Part shown: piece after piece, positions 1 to 12,085 of the stretch
Numbering within the stretch: position 1 is the first letter of the stretch
How the letters are laid out: every line of letters begins with the position of its first letter
Origin: Lama glama
Lineage: Eukaryota
Reading direction: 5' to 3'
NCBI GenBank assembly: GCA_028534125.1
Contig: CM052818.1
Coordinates: 32,984,001-33,048,000, forward strand
Length of the DNA stretch: 64,000 nucleotides
Made by a program: the position numbers and the translations under genes
The notes under the pieces: generated by a model
What the model was told of the DNA's origin: nothing
Databases searched by the model: none
What the model saw: the letters and a program-made list of their open reading frames with translations, nothing else

Positions 1-423
1 TCCTGTAAACTAGAAGCACATCTTCAGGAGACCCTGACTGTAGTCTGGGGTCTGAGCCCGGCCTGGGCATACAAGCTCACTAGCCACAGATGCGTGGTCC
101 AAGCAGGGATGACGATCAAAAGCATTTTAGAAGGATCTGCAAAGCTCTTCACCATCTTTCACCTTAGGTACCACCACCGCCCCCAACCCGTGTCCACTCT
201 CACCCTCATCAGTATTGTAGTAGTCCCCACTTTACATATGGGGAAACCACATCACCACCTGGAAGTGACCCAAGAGCAGCTGTCTTTGGTTCCTGACTCG
301 CAGTCCTGAATTCAGCTGGAGAGGTCCTATATCAAACTCGCTCCCTGATTGTTCCTACCACCCCTGTTCTCATGACCACCCACCCACCGAGGGCCAACAG
401 CCCATGTCCCAGAGTGAGCTCAC

Positions 424-499
424 CTGATAGGACCACTGGGCCACAGCCTTGGACAGCCGCGAAGTCTCCTCTGAGCACCTGCAGGTCTCTGCCGCGGGG
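424..499 (-). CDS. PLB1: PLB1 coding exon 12 (76 nt; PAAETCRCSEETSRLSKAVAQWSYQ)
   Basis: Acceptor ttttaccctgcag|C, donor CAG|gtgagc; resembles human PAPEPCNCSEETTRLAKVVMQWSYQ. Confidence 0.95.
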
Positions 500-1189
500 C
501 TGCAGGGTAAAATAAGCCGGAAGTGAGAGCGTGGACGCAGCGCCGGGGCCATTCAGGCTGCCCCTTGGGGACAGGAGGGTGCTGCTGGGAATGGGATTGC
601 TTAGGGAGGCGGGGGAGGAGAATCTGGGAGACTTAGAGGGTCGGGGAGAAGGAAGGAAGGAAGGAAGCACATGTTGGGGAGAATAAAGGGCATGTTATGA
701 AGACACTCTCTCACTCCATCTCCCGATACACTGCCTCCCTCTCCAGCCACACGTGGGGAACCCACCTCCAGTTCTCCTCGCAACTCTGAGCACCTTAGCC
801 TTCCTCCCTCTTCAAACCCCCCTTTCCTTCAGCACCGTCCTCTCCTTTCCATTGGCATCACCTCCAGCTGTCCCTGCCCTCACTTTATCCACGTGAACTT
901 CTTTTCCAGGTATAAAGCCAGAACTCTCAGGATTTGGGATCAAAAAGTTTAACTTCTATGAAAAATCTCAGAAATATATGGGAACCAAGTTTCATGAAAA
1001 TAAAACACAGTTAGGCTAAATTGTCTCTCCAGTTTCCAGAAGTAACACTTCTTGGCTTACAGAGGTTTTGCCCGAGCTGTTTTTCAAACTCTCCAATCAT
1101 TCTGGTGGGGGTAGGGCATCTGACGCTGCATCAGCCGGACCGGATACTTCAGTCCCCCAAAGGGTACGTGGCAGAGAGCCCCTCCCACA

Positions 1190-1328
1190 GCCTGACTCTG
1201 CCTCACTGGCCATGGGATCTCACACAAGTGGCTTCATCTCTCTTGGGCTCCATCCCTTGGGTCAGTTAATGCACGTGAAGTGCCCCATACAGTGCCTGGC
1301 ACGTGGCACCAGTCAACAAATGCTGGTC
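1190..1328 (+). mobile_element. MIR SINE fragment
   Basis: ctctgcctcact...caagtggcttcatctctc...cagtgcctggcac...caacaaatgctgg resembles the MIR consensus. Confidence 0.6.
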
Positions 1329-1349
1329 CCCTTCCACTTCCCTTTTTAC

Positions 1350-1429
1350 CTGAGTGTAGTCCCCTGATGCCAGTCAGAGCGCCCTAGAGCTTCAGAGAGA
1401 TCCACCAGGTTCACAAATGCTTTAGGGAC
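1350..1429 (-). CDS. PLB1: PLB1 coding exon 11 (80 nt; VPKAFVNLVDLSEALGRSDWHQGTTLS)
   Basis: Acceptor tccccctag|GTC, donor CAG|gtaaaa; VP.AFVNLV motif; phase 0 to 2. Confidence 0.96.
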
Positions 1430-2164
1430 CTAGGGGGACACGAGGGACAAGGTGAGCATTTGCAAAGTCACTATTGCTGCCCAGCAGCCTCTCTGGAGCC
1501 CCTGGCTTGAGCCCAGTTTGGGGTGTGGCTGAGCACAACTGGCTTCTCCTTGGCTCAACAGGCAGGCCCTTTGGGAGATGGTTGGTCGGGGTCAGTTCAA
1601 AGCTGCCAGCCCTGCTGGCTGTGCCATTCCAGAAAAGTGTCATTCACCGCCCTTCATGGGGGGCAGGCACCTCCCCCCACAGCATGGTGGGGAAGGTGAG
1701 AGCCCAGAGCCCCCCTGGGACGCTCTGAACCTGCAGTGCTCATCCTGGTCCCTCCAGGGAAGCCCTGAGGCTCTCAAGACCCCTCCAGGCCGTCCCTGCC
1801 CCAGACTCAGACAGAGAGCCCTCAGGAAAGAGCGGGTCACCGAGACCCCAGAAAGGAACTGGGCTGTGCTCCTTCCTCCTCCCCAGGCGTCCCTCTCAGG
1901 AATAGCCTTTGCAAGAGTGAGGAGCTCGAGACCTGACCCGTGTTTTCATTAAAAGGGTGAGAAGACTGGCTCCTCCAGAGCCTTCCCTCTCCCTAGGGTC
2001 TTGGTCTCCCCACGGGAGTCTATTTCCCGTCCCAGGGGAGGCCATTTGAAAGAAACTGGAACCTGCCCCAGCCGCCTGCAGAAGGGCTTCTCCTCTGGGC
2101 TGCTGCAGGTGCTTGCTCCCCCCAGGTGCATGGCCCTGCGCAGTCGGGGAGCCGCCAGCCTCAC

Positions 2165-2227
2165 CTCCTGGTGCAGGTAGTCCAGCGTTCTCGTCAGCCT
2201 GCTCATGCCGCTCGCCACATGGCTTTG
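2165..2227 (-). CDS. PLB1: PLB1 coding exon 10 (63 nt; QSHVASGMSRLTRTLDYLHQE)
   Basis: Acceptor ttttctcctgcag|CAA, donor GAG|gtgagg; LDYL.QE motif. Confidence 0.95.
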
Positions 2228-2827
2228 CTGCAGGAGAAAATGTGCTGAGCGTGAGTGGGGATGGGGGACCTGGGACCAAGGATGCTCAGGCTCATGGGGG
2301 CCTGTTCCTTCCCCTCCCCAACCCCCCACTCCCCTCCACTGAGATGACAGTGACAAAGGCCCTGTCTAGACCCCAGTTCCCCATAAACAAGTGTTGAGTT
2401 CCCAGGGCTTCCTAGGTTTCTGGTTTATTCTCTGACTTCCCCAACCCATCAGCCACCAGGAAGAAGCAAACTCCCTCAAATGAGACGTTCCACGTCAGGG
2501 AAGGGCAAACCCAAGGTCACGGCGATTCTAAAGCTCACACGAGGGATAGCAGGCTGGACTCACTCCCAAAGCCTGATGGAATCACTTTGATCTGAAGAAA
2601 ATCAGGTCCAAGGGGAACACAATTATACTTGGATTTAAGGACCCAGACAGACCTCCAGGCTTCTATGTGGCATCTTATCAGACCTCTCCCTGCCACATCT
2701 ACACTATGAAAAGGGCTCCTGTCACCAAGTATTTAAAGATACCTCTTACCCACCCAACTCCTTGCAGGTAATGAAAATAAACAAACGAGAGCACCCCAAA
2801 AAATGACCCTGGCTTACCTTTCAGTGT

Positions 2828-2861
2828 AAAAAAAAATATATATATATATATACATATATAT
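2828..2861. repeat. A9 + (TA)n microsatellite
   Basis: aaaaaaaaatatatatatatatatacatatatat seen directly. Confidence 0.9.
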
Positions 2862-3959
2862 CCAAACAAAAATAGACTTTGCATCAAGACAAACTTCTAA
2901 GCTGCCTGGAAACTGGCTGTTCCCTGAGGCGACTGGGCTCAGACTAGAAGACAAAGCAGGCCCAGCAGCCGTTCTGGTTCCTGGGGGGACACAGGCGGCA
3001 ACTCTGGAGACAGCTGCCAATCACTCAGCCGGGACTGCACGGAGGGCCCCACTCCTGTGTCCCTGCTTTGGGGTGAGGCTGTCGTCTGGAAGCCAGTCCA
3101 GCCCACTCTGCTGCTGTAGCCAGCAATGAAGCCTTCTGTCTCGTTTTCGCTCTCCCTGAGAGTGACATTCAACATGGCACTTCCCCTTCTAAAGAGTCTT
3201 GGGAACTCTGTCTAGAAAGGTCCTCGCTGTCCACCTGCACCATAGTCAGGGCATCCCTCTTCCCTAGGGAATCCCGGCATGGTTTTCCTTGGACTGCAAA
3301 TCTTGCTTCAGACTGCAAGGTGCTGATTCACTGCTGCAGAATGAATCAGGGCACACCCAGGTTCTCCAGGCACTGCATGGTTGTCCCCAGGGTGCCAACT
3401 GTCCCTGTTCCTTAGCGAAAAACATGCTCCTATAAAATGTCCCTTGTCTTTAAAGTCACACATAATAAACTCCTCTATTACTCAAAGTCAGGAAAAAGCT
3501 TATTTCTCCAAATGAACTTGTACATTCCCATTTACATCCTTTGCTCCCGGAATCAGAAGAATTCTCTATTATCGAACATGGGCCTGCAACCAGACTTCAC
3601 TTTCTCTAACAAATTATTTCCCCGGGATTTATTCCAAGAAGTAGGATTATTCAGTCAAAAGACACAAACACTTTTAAGTTTTCTTGAGTCAGACTGCCAG
3701 TGCGCCCTCCAAATACTGACACCTGTTTCTAAAGGCAACTGCAATTAATAAATGGGCATATTTTTGAAATGGAGGGTACTGCAGTCATCAGTTAGATCCA
3801 TTAAATGATAACCTGCTTAATAAATAAGGAACTGTAGCCTGCCTTCACTGATAAAGCTCGCTTTGTTTTCACAAAACTTGCATGTCCTTCAAGCATTACG
3901 TAGCCTAAACAGTAAGAAGTTCGCCCAAGTTGTTTTTTGGGAACTTGGAGTCAGCTGTT

Positions 3960-4322
3960 CACTGGCTTGAGCTCCAACTGGACAAGACTGGTGGAAGCGT
4001 CCAACAGGGCATGTGTGAGTGTCCCATCGGTGACCTTTGATGTCAGAGGGCCCAAAACTCCACCCTCAGAACATGCTAACGCCAGCATTTTCTGAACATG
4101 CATCCCATGAAGAAGCATGCCTCACCTTTGCGTGATCTCCCATCAGCCTTCCCCACACTGCCCACGCCTTGGACCACCCTGTTTCTTTATCCCATAAATA
4201 TCCTGAGGGGGATTTTAGATTTGTTATCCTGTCTCCTAGTGAACAAATCCTTTCTCCCTGCAAACCTGTGTCTCAGCATTTGACTTGCAGTGCTTGGAAC
4301 AAACAAACCTGATTCAGTAAAA
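3960..4322 (+). mobile_element. ERV1 solo LTR fragment (MER34/MER39-like)
   Basis: ggtgacctttgatgtcagagggcccaaaactccaccctcagaacatgctaacgcc...cataaata...caaacctgtgtctcagc...acctgattcagtaa resembles MER34/39 LTRs. 5' boundary uncertain. Confidence 0.55.
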
Positions 4323-5510
4323 AATTCTTGCAGTGTCAGGCTTTATTTTCCTTTTTTTTCCCCTCTTCTTCTGATTTTTGTTCGTACTAGCTCAATAAAA
4401 CTAGACTTTAACTGGAGAGCAGTAAACAAGGGTCCAGACCCTGAAAGCATCCCCGTGTCACTGCTATGAGCCAGGTTACCAGTTACCTGTGAAGCACCTG
4501 CCTTTGAACAGCTGACCCCCCCATAGCAGCCTTGAAGAAGCATCGTGGCTGCCGAACAAATGGCTCCTGCCCTTACTCTCTTATGACTTTGGTCTTAAGA
4601 AACCCCTAAAGAACAAATGTGGAACAAATGTGGACCCAGGCCATTGTCTACTCCCTGTGAAAAGAGCCCAAAGGCCAGTTAGGGCAGGAACATTCCAGGT
4701 CCTAAGTAGGGCAGGACAGGAGTTTAACTTTTCTTCTTAACAGTAAAATGCCTTTTTCTCATATGAACTATGTCAGGAAACTTGACATACATATGCCACA
4801 CGTAAGGGCAGAGCTGCTCTGTGAAGTCGATGGGAGCCTGGAGCCCACAGTCCCAGCCTTGCCTTTGCCCTCAGAGCCCCTCCTGTGGCCCCTGAGGGAG
4901 AGGCTGTGCCTGGGATGTGCTTCCCGAATGCAAAAGTGCTGTGCAGAGCTTCTCAGATGGGGGTTCTGGGTTAGCTGCAGCCAGAAGCATCACCAGAAAG
5001 ACTAGGGAGCGAGTGGTGGGTCTAAGCAGCAGAAGCAAGACTGGGGCAGTGAAGGGAGGAGCCGGCCAGCCCAGGCCAACGTGGCTGAGGGCCAGACCTA
5101 TGAGCCCCAAGGTCCTCTGGGGGAAATGGAAGTGGAGGTGGGATTTATTCTAGGCTCCAGATCTTGGTGGTCTTTGTGCAAAAGGCAAATTGAGATGGAA
5201 GAAAAATGTGATAAAGAGGGAATTTGAGTGGATGCTAGTGAATATTGTTACAGAGCTAAATTTACAGAGATCAAGTCACTGGTATATATAGCCATTTAGA
5301 AGTCAGGGGCAAAGCATGATTACTTTTGTCATATGTTTACAGCCAATTAAAAGTGCGAGGTTCTAAGTGTGAATGAACTTAATCCACATGTATCAACAAG
5401 ACTAGATCTTGAGGGAACTTAACATGTTGACCAAAATCACTAGGTTGGAGAAGAACAAGTAGTGGGAAGATCAGAGGGAACGGGTGCTGTCCGACACTGG
5501 TGAGAATGGG

Positions 5511-6272
5511 TGAAACTGCGATTTATAATATGAAATATTTATTTGGTCCTTGTTCCATTTTATGGCACAGAGCTCATAAATGATAGGCATTTCCTAAGTG
5601 AGGAGAGCATAAAGATGTATTTTGTTATGTTAATGAGATGACTTTTGGACCACACCTAAGGATGGGGGCTGATTGCCAGGGGAACCAACTGTGTGATTAG
5701 AGAATTGCAGTCCCCTCCCCTCAATCTCTGGGGAAGGAAGAGAGGCTGGAAATCGAATCAACCATTTAGTCAGTCATGACTATGTGATGAAACTTCATAA
5801 AATCCCAAAGGGATAGGTTCCGAGAGCTTCCCAGTTGGTGAACACACGAGGCGCTGGCAGAATGGCACACCTGGAGAGGGCATGGAAGCTCCTCTCCCTT
5901 TCCCCACACCTAACCCTATGCATCTCTTCCATCTGGCTGTTCCTGAATTATATCCTTTTCTAATAAACCAATAACCTAGTATGTAAAATGTTTCTCTGAG
6001 TTCAGTGAGCCACTCCAGAAAATTAATTGAACCCAAGTTGGGGCTTATTGGAACCTCCAATCTATAGCCAGTCGGTCAGAACCTCAGGTGACAACCTGGA
6101 CTTGGGATTGACATCTGAAACGGGGGGAGTCTTGTAGGATTGAGCCCTTAGCCTGTGGGATCTGGTGCTATCTCTGGGTAGATAGTGTCAGAATTGAGTT
6201 GAATTGTAGCACATTCAACTAGTGTCTGAGAATTGCTTGGTGGTGCGGAAAAAGCCCTTCTCTGTTGGGACT
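5511..6272 (+). mobile_element. MER21-like solo LTR (ERVL group)
   Basis: Diagnostic blocks: ggcacagagctc, gagagcttcccagttggtgaacac, ccctatgcatctcttccatctggctgttcctga, aataaacc, gggtagatagtgtcagaattgagttgaattgtag. Confidence 0.8.
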
Positions 6273-6294
6273 GTCCCAGGATATTAAAATATAA

Positions 6295-6950
6295 ATGGGT
6301 TCAGCTACTTTGGAGGGCAATTAGGCAGTCCTTTAAGGCTTAAAATATAAGTATCTGATGACCAGCAATTCTATGTTTAAGAATCTACTCAAGGCAATTT
6401 TCTTCAAACAAAGTAGTTTGATCAAAATAGATCATGATCCACAATGTGAGACATGTTTCACATCACAACCCAGTATACACACATCTATATATAAATGGAG
6501 CAAAAATAATCATGAACCAAAACTTACCTTCCTACATGCAACAAATTCTAACATTTTATACTTGACTCTATTTAATTTCTGTTTTTTATAATTTTTGGCT
6601 GCAATCCTTTAAACTGATTTTTGACCCACTAATATACTTCAATATATAATCTGAAATATAATAAATTACACTGTAATTGAATACAATGAAATACAATCAT
6701 TGTGTTTAGAAAAACACATGTTCAAATGAACAAGATTGTTCCTAATAGTGAAAAACTAGAAACACCTAAATGGCTATCAACGTGGAAACAGCTAAATAAA
6801 ATGTAGTAAATGTACACAAGGGAATGCTATTTGGTAAGCAACAGGAATGCACTCAGACCATATATATCAACATGACTAGACCTCAAAAATACTTGGTTAG
6901 TGAAAAAAAAATTGCTCCATAGTATATATAATACTACTTATGTTCAATCT
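6295..6950 (+). mobile_element. ancient L1M (L1ME-like) fragments, probably interrupted by a hAT/Charlie-type fragment at ~6445-6640
   Basis: ctactttggagggcaatt...gaccagcaattct; aaaaactagaaacacctaaatg...gacctcaaaaatac are typical of L1 ORF2-end/3'UTR. Confidence 0.55.
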
Positions 6951-7390
6951 CTCTCTCTTTACACACACACAGTAGTACTAAGATTTATATATTTGTAAAA
7001 ATCTGAGAAATAAAAAGAGGAAGAGGATTGCTGGCTGAAGGGTAGTTTAACTTTAACTGTAATGTTTTGTTTTTTAAGAGGAGGAAGCATCTGTGCATTG
7101 CTTGTGCTACTAAAAATTAATAAAAGTAAATAATGCACAAATGGACACATGCACAAAGGAATGCATATAATGTATTGGAGGAATAAATACATGAAAGAAT
7201 GCAAGAATTCATGTAGGAATGCTTGTATGTAAAATAACATATATGGAAGAAATTATGAATAAGGGTAAATATCAATGAATGGATTCAAATACTAAAAGGT
7301 CAGACAAATGCTAGTATGAACAAACTAATCATAAATACAATGGCATGTGCCTGCATGTAAGAAGAGAGAATTTATGCATGAATAGACAGC

Positions 7391-7430
7391 TGATGGATGG
7401 ATGGATGGATGGAAGGATGGATGGATGGAT
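7391..7430. repeat. (TGGA)n microsatellite
   Basis: tgatggatggatggatggatggaaggatggatggatggat. Confidence 0.9.
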
Positions 7431-8425
7431 ATATAAAGGAATGCAACAATGCCTAAATGCTTGTTTGAGCACTTCAATTCATGAATCTATGGATTTGTGA
7501 GTAAATGTTCATCTGCATAATGACCAAACTGGGGATGGGAAGGCAGAGAAGTAAACAGGGCATATAAACTTCACTTGGCATGGGAGAAAACAGAGGCGAA
7601 GTAAACGAGCTTCAAGATCTATATGCCATAAACCCAGGAGGTCTGCAGGGATACCATCTAACAAGAGCTGGGCAGGGAAGGTGGGCTTCCACCAGCATTC
7701 TCCCAACGTCACTAAGGGAAGGAGGGGTTTGGTGGTGGGCCAGGAGCATGGGGCATTTGGAGGAAGGCAAGAGTATGTGTCTGGGAAAGGGGCACAGAAA
7801 AGAAAATGACAGCACCTCAAGAAACCTCACCCTTGTGTGTGCCAGGGCCTGATGGAGGCCCCAGAAGGCGGCTGAAAGGAAAGGGGGCAGGTAATTGAAC
7901 TGCCGTGAGTGGCAGGGCCAGCTTGGTGGCAATCAGGCTTCAGGCTCCTGAGTAGTCATCTGTGTGCCATTTATTTCACCATAGCCTAGGAATCTAAGCA
8001 CCCTCTCACTTTCAACTGATCCTAACCTAAACACTCTTCAATAAAGACTTAAGTCATAGGCAGTCACCTACATAAATATCAAATAAAGTCACTTGTTTCC
8101 TGGGAACTCCAAAGAGCCTGGAAGATACAATCTTCCGACACAAAAACCAGACAACTTCCCATTAAAACTAGAGCTCGTGGTGAACTAGAGTTCAAGAGGT
8201 GATGTCAAAAGCACGCATCCTGCTTTATTTCCTAAATTCAGTGTTTAAATGAAATCAGATTTAAAAGAGGCAAAATGATTTTTTTTTAACTAGGAAGTGG
8301 ATTTCCCTGAGCTGCAGAATGACCACTGACTCAGCTTATATCTGCCTCAGCTTCCTTTTCATGATGTGAAGGATAGGAAGTTAAAAATACCTGGCCCTCA
8401 GTATGGTTCTTTGAGCCCTCAGATA

Positions 8426-8470
8426 TCTGTCTGCCTGCCTGTCTATTTACCTACCTGCCTGCCTGCCTGC
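8426..8470. repeat. degenerate (CCTG/CCTA)n tetranucleotide repeat
   Basis: ctgtctgcctgcctgtctatttacctacctgcctgcctgcctgc. Confidence 0.75.
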
Positions 8471-8592
8471 CCTAACTCTGAAATAGGTGCCTCGGGCCCA
8501 GCCTGCCAGGTGGAGATAAGGCAGGTTTAGCTTGTTACCTCTGCACTCAGCCCAACACCGGCAGTCCCTCTGCCTCCCAGCCTGTGGTTTAC

Positions 8593-8679
8593 CTGCTGGG
8601 TGGAGGGACACAGGTGACACTGGCTCGTGTTGCCAAAGAACACATTGATGAGCTTCCAATCATTCTGAAAGTCGAGTTG
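8593..8679 (-). CDS. PLB1: PLB1 coding exon 9 (87 nt; [29 protein letters not shown])
   Basis: Acceptor ccttttctgcag|CAA, donor CAG|gtaaac; DWKLI block typical of PLB repeats; N-glycosylation sequon NTS. Confidence 0.97.
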
Positions 8680-8824
8680 CTGCAGAAAAGGACAACACCA
8701 AAAAGAGATGGTGGTGAGACCTGGGGCCGAGAGAGCAGCTTTCTTTTCATGTCTTTCAATTTCACACACCCACCCCCATAAAACCACATGTATGGATTTT
8801 TTTTTTTTTCGAAAGGAGACGTAT

Positions 8825-9365
8825 GTGGTGGGAAGTTAAAGCTGTAAAGCATGGGAAGGCAATTTGGCAAAAGATATCAGAAACTTTTTTTTAAAAGGCC
8901 TTACCATTTGATTCAACAATTCAATTTCCCAAAACATATTTTAAGGAAGCAAGGATGAGTGAAAGACTTAGCTACAATGATGAAGTCTTGTTCATAAGAA
9001 AAAGTGTAGATGTGTAAAATAGAGGATTGCTGTGGAAACTGGGGAACACTTGTAAGCTGAAACACCGTGTAGCCTGTTAAAACAACGCTGAAAAACATAG
9101 CTATTGTCAGGAGAAATAACGAGAAAAGCATACTGTAAAAAGCATCTACATCTAATAACATCTCTACTTTATAAAATATATACAGATATATGTGCTTGCA
9201 AAAAAATATGGAAGGGAATACACATCAAATTGTCAACAGTAATTATCTCTGGTCCTCAGGTTTAAGGATGGTTTTGAATGGTTTTAATGTTCTTTTGTTT
9301 ATCTGTGTTTTCTGATCTTCCTCTGATGAACATGTGTTACTTATGGAACAAAAAATAAACTTTTT
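8825..9365 (+). mobile_element. ancient L1ME-like 3' end
   Basis: ggaaggcaatttggcaa...ccatttgattcaacaattc...tggaagggaatacacatcaaattgtcaacagtaattatctctgg...gaacatgtgttactt. Confidence 0.65.
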
Positions 9366-9829
9366 TTAAAGAGGCAGCATTGGATGTGAATCAGGCAATT
9401 TTGATTTTGGTTTCCTCGTCTGCGAAATATTGGATTCAAGATCACCCAGCTATTTTCCAGAATAAGATCGTTCCAAAAATTCAGAAATTCTCCTGTTGGA
9501 GGAAAACAACTCTTTACAGCATAGCTCCTGCGTTTGTCCCTGTCCTTGTGCAAGCTGCAGCGACCTGGCTCAAATGCCTGAACTCTTTCATGAATGCATG
9601 GCTGGCCAAGACAGGGGTTTCCCTCAGCTCCAGTGAGCCAGGCTCACTCCCTGGTTAGAGCCAGCTTGGTAGCAAAGCTTGCCTTGAATTCAGGAGGCTT
9701 ATAACAGCCCATATGAGAGTTACTGAGTAAAGAGTGTCTGAACTGCCAAGAGAGCGGGGATGGGGGCCCCGGCATGTGTGTTCCAGAAGCCTCCACCCGA
9801 GAACTGCAACGGGAATGATAACGAGTAAC

Positions 9830-10082
9830 AACAACAGTTGCCACTTGGATGACACTGACAGCAGCTTGCACTGAGCCCTGCCTCTGTGCCAGGCACCTCA
9901 ACACCTCCTTTAATCCACCCTAAGCCCTGAACTGCAGGCCCTTTTATAACCCTCACTTCATAAATGGGAAAACTGAGACTTCGAGAGGTTAAGTGCCTTA
10001 CTCAACATCGCACAGCTAACAGGAGGAAATTCAGGATTCGCACTCACACAGGTCTCTGCCTGGAACTCAAGCTCTCAGCCAC
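9830..10082 (-). mobile_element. MIR SINE
   Basis: tgtgccaggcac...gggaaaactgagacttcgagaggttaagtgccttactc...ggattcgcactc is the reverse complement of the MIR core. Confidence 0.8.
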
Positions 10083-10334
10083 CTCCCTGAGCTGTGAGTC
10101 CTTTAGTCCATGTGCTGATTTTTGGCAGGACCAGACTGGGAACATAAGGAGTGGCCCTGTGTGTTTACAGCCTCCAGAGAGTCACCATGGGAAGGGCGTT
10201 CATGGAGGGCCCGGCCACACTGGTTGCCAAGCTCAGGGCAGGATGGCCCCAGAGCTGCGGCAGCCCGGTGTGTTTGGGCTGATTGCCTCGCCGCAGACAG
10301 GGACCGTCCCAACCAGAGCTTGATGGATTCTTAC

Positions 10335-10386
10335 CTGGTTCTCTTTCATGCTCCTCACCAGTTCTTCTGCCTGAATCCACAGGTCT
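10335..10386 (-). CDS. PLB1: PLB1 coding exon 8 (52 nt; DLWIQAEELVRSMKENQ)
   Basis: Acceptor ctctgtgcag|A, donor CAG|gtaaga; phase 2 to 0. Confidence 0.96.
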
Positions 10387-10721
10387 CTGCACAGAGGGAA
10401 GGAAGCAGAGAGAAAAATCAGTTAAATACCACTTTGTTGAGAGCTGGAAGCCTGCCCCTTGCCCCAGCCCAGGTGCCAGTCTCTGAGTGAGAGGCTACGC
10501 TGCACCACTCCTGGGCTCTAGAAGGCAGACCTTGACTTAATTTTTCAAGGTAGGCCCATCAAGCAGACTAAAATCTGTGCAAGAGATACATGTTGACTTT
10601 GACTTAACAGAGATCTTAATTTTTAAGCCTCTTTCCAGCTCCCCATCCCCAATCCTCCCATCTAGATGCCCAAGACTAACAGGCTCATACACCCTGGAAG
10701 AGAGCCAGAAAAGGGGCTTAC

Positions 10722-10812
10722 TCAGCACCACTGTAGGGCATGACCGCCTTCACAGGGGCACACACGGGCTGCAGGACAGATGGATTGAAGTGTCTGATGA
10801 CATCTGAAAGGG
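10722..10812 (-). CDS. PLB1: PLB1 coding exon 7 (91 nt; ALSDVIRHFNPSVLQPVCAPVKAVMPYSGAE)
   Basis: Acceptor ctctctttag|CC, donor GA|gtaagc; phase 1 to 2. Confidence 0.95.
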
Positions 10813-11044
10813 CTAAAGAGAGAGCTGGTTTGAGCCTGTGGTCTTGACGGCCAGAGGTCACCTGTGGAGACTGACCCCCTCTGGGGTGAGATGCCAGGGT
10901 CGCTGCCCCTGTCCCCAAGCAGGACCTGTCTTGGGCTGGGAGCTCAGCCTCGTAGCAGGTCCCTGAACGTGAGTGGAGCTGCAAAAACTTAACATCCCTC
11001 AAGTGCGAGGCTGGGCCAGGAGCTAAGCATCATAGGTGTGTGTA

Positions 11045-11150
11045 TGAAGGGGAAACTGAGGCTGGAGGGTTAAGCCAGCTCCCCCAGGTCTCGTGGCTGA
11101 AGTGGCTGGGATTTGAACCTGAGCTCAGGGATGTCAAAGCTTTTCACTGT
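11045..11150 (-). mobile_element. MIR SINE fragment
   Basis: ggggaaactgaggctggagggttaag...gggatttgaacc. Confidence 0.7.
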
Positions 11151-11941
11151 CGTGCGCTACCAACTAGTTAGGAAGACTGTGCTGGGATGGGACCAGGCAG
11201 GCCCCCTCCTCCTCCTGAGTGACAGCAGGGCGGGAAGGCTCCGGGGAACACACCGAGAACATGTCCCAGAGCTGACAGCCAGGGGACCACTAAAAATAGC
11301 GCTGTCAGGAGCAGTTAGGTTGTGTCTTGCTCCTGAGAGAGGGGAGTGCAGAGGGGAGAGTGTCACGGTGGGGAGGTGGTGCTGCCTCACCCCAGCCCCC
11401 CCATTTTTTGCCTCCATCCACAAGAGCCTGGGGCTTTGGGGGGAATGGAATCCAGAAGGCAGCTTTAAAAGGGCTGCCTTTGAAGGGAGCTGCCACTGTG
11501 CAGGCAGCAGAAGGGGGAGGGGAACCGGGCTGGAAGTCAGGGCCCCTTTATCCTCAAACCAGACTAATGAGCCTCCTTTTCTGAGCTCTGACCAGCTTGG
11601 GATAGGAGCCCATCCCCACACATGGGGGAAAACTGAAAGCTCTGAGGCCGGATGGAGAGGCCAGGGAGCTTGCGTGCGTGCGTGTCTGTGTGAGAGGGTG
11701 AGCGGCTGGGGCGAACACTCCCCCATGTGTCAGGAGGGTCTGTGATAATGAACAACAAAATGGGAACACCTGGTGTCACATCTTTGAAAGAGAACTGCTT
11801 TCCAAATTAAAGGCACCCGTAATGCATTGCTTCCTTGGGATCAAACATGACCTTGGACTTTCTCACATAAATCTGCCTGCCATTTTGTCTTAGGTCTCCT
11901 GTGTACCCACTCTGTCCTCGCTCGCTCCCTCTCTGGGTTTC

Positions 11942-12085
11942 CAGTGGGGTCAGAACATAGGGCACAGGCTATGGGGCTGGAGCACCTAGGCTCCCGGGCA
12001 CTCTGCCACATACTGACCATGTAACCTTAGGAAAGTCTGTTTAACCTCCTTGAGACTCAGTTTTCCCATCTGCAAAATGGCCGTG
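11942..12085 (+). mobile_element. MIR SINE fragment
   Basis: ctctgccacatactgaccatgtaaccttagg...tttaacctccttgagactcagttttcccatctgcaaaatgg. Confidence 0.8.

Noticed and set aside
2939-3175. 78-aa minus-strand ORF (MLNVTLRESENETEG...) as an alternative PLB1 start
   Set aside because: It ends in a stop before the nearby donor at 2817 and has no similarity to PLB1 repeats or any protein I recognise.
8426-8470. CCTG repeat as a DM2-like pathogenic tract
   Set aside because: Very short and interrupted, and the PLB1 transcript would carry CAGG rather than CCUG.
11113-11745. 210-aa plus-strand ORF and overlapping 189-aa minus-strand ORF
   Set aside because: Begins in a MIR within GC-rich intron 6. 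No recognisable domain or splice structure; consistent with chance ORFs.
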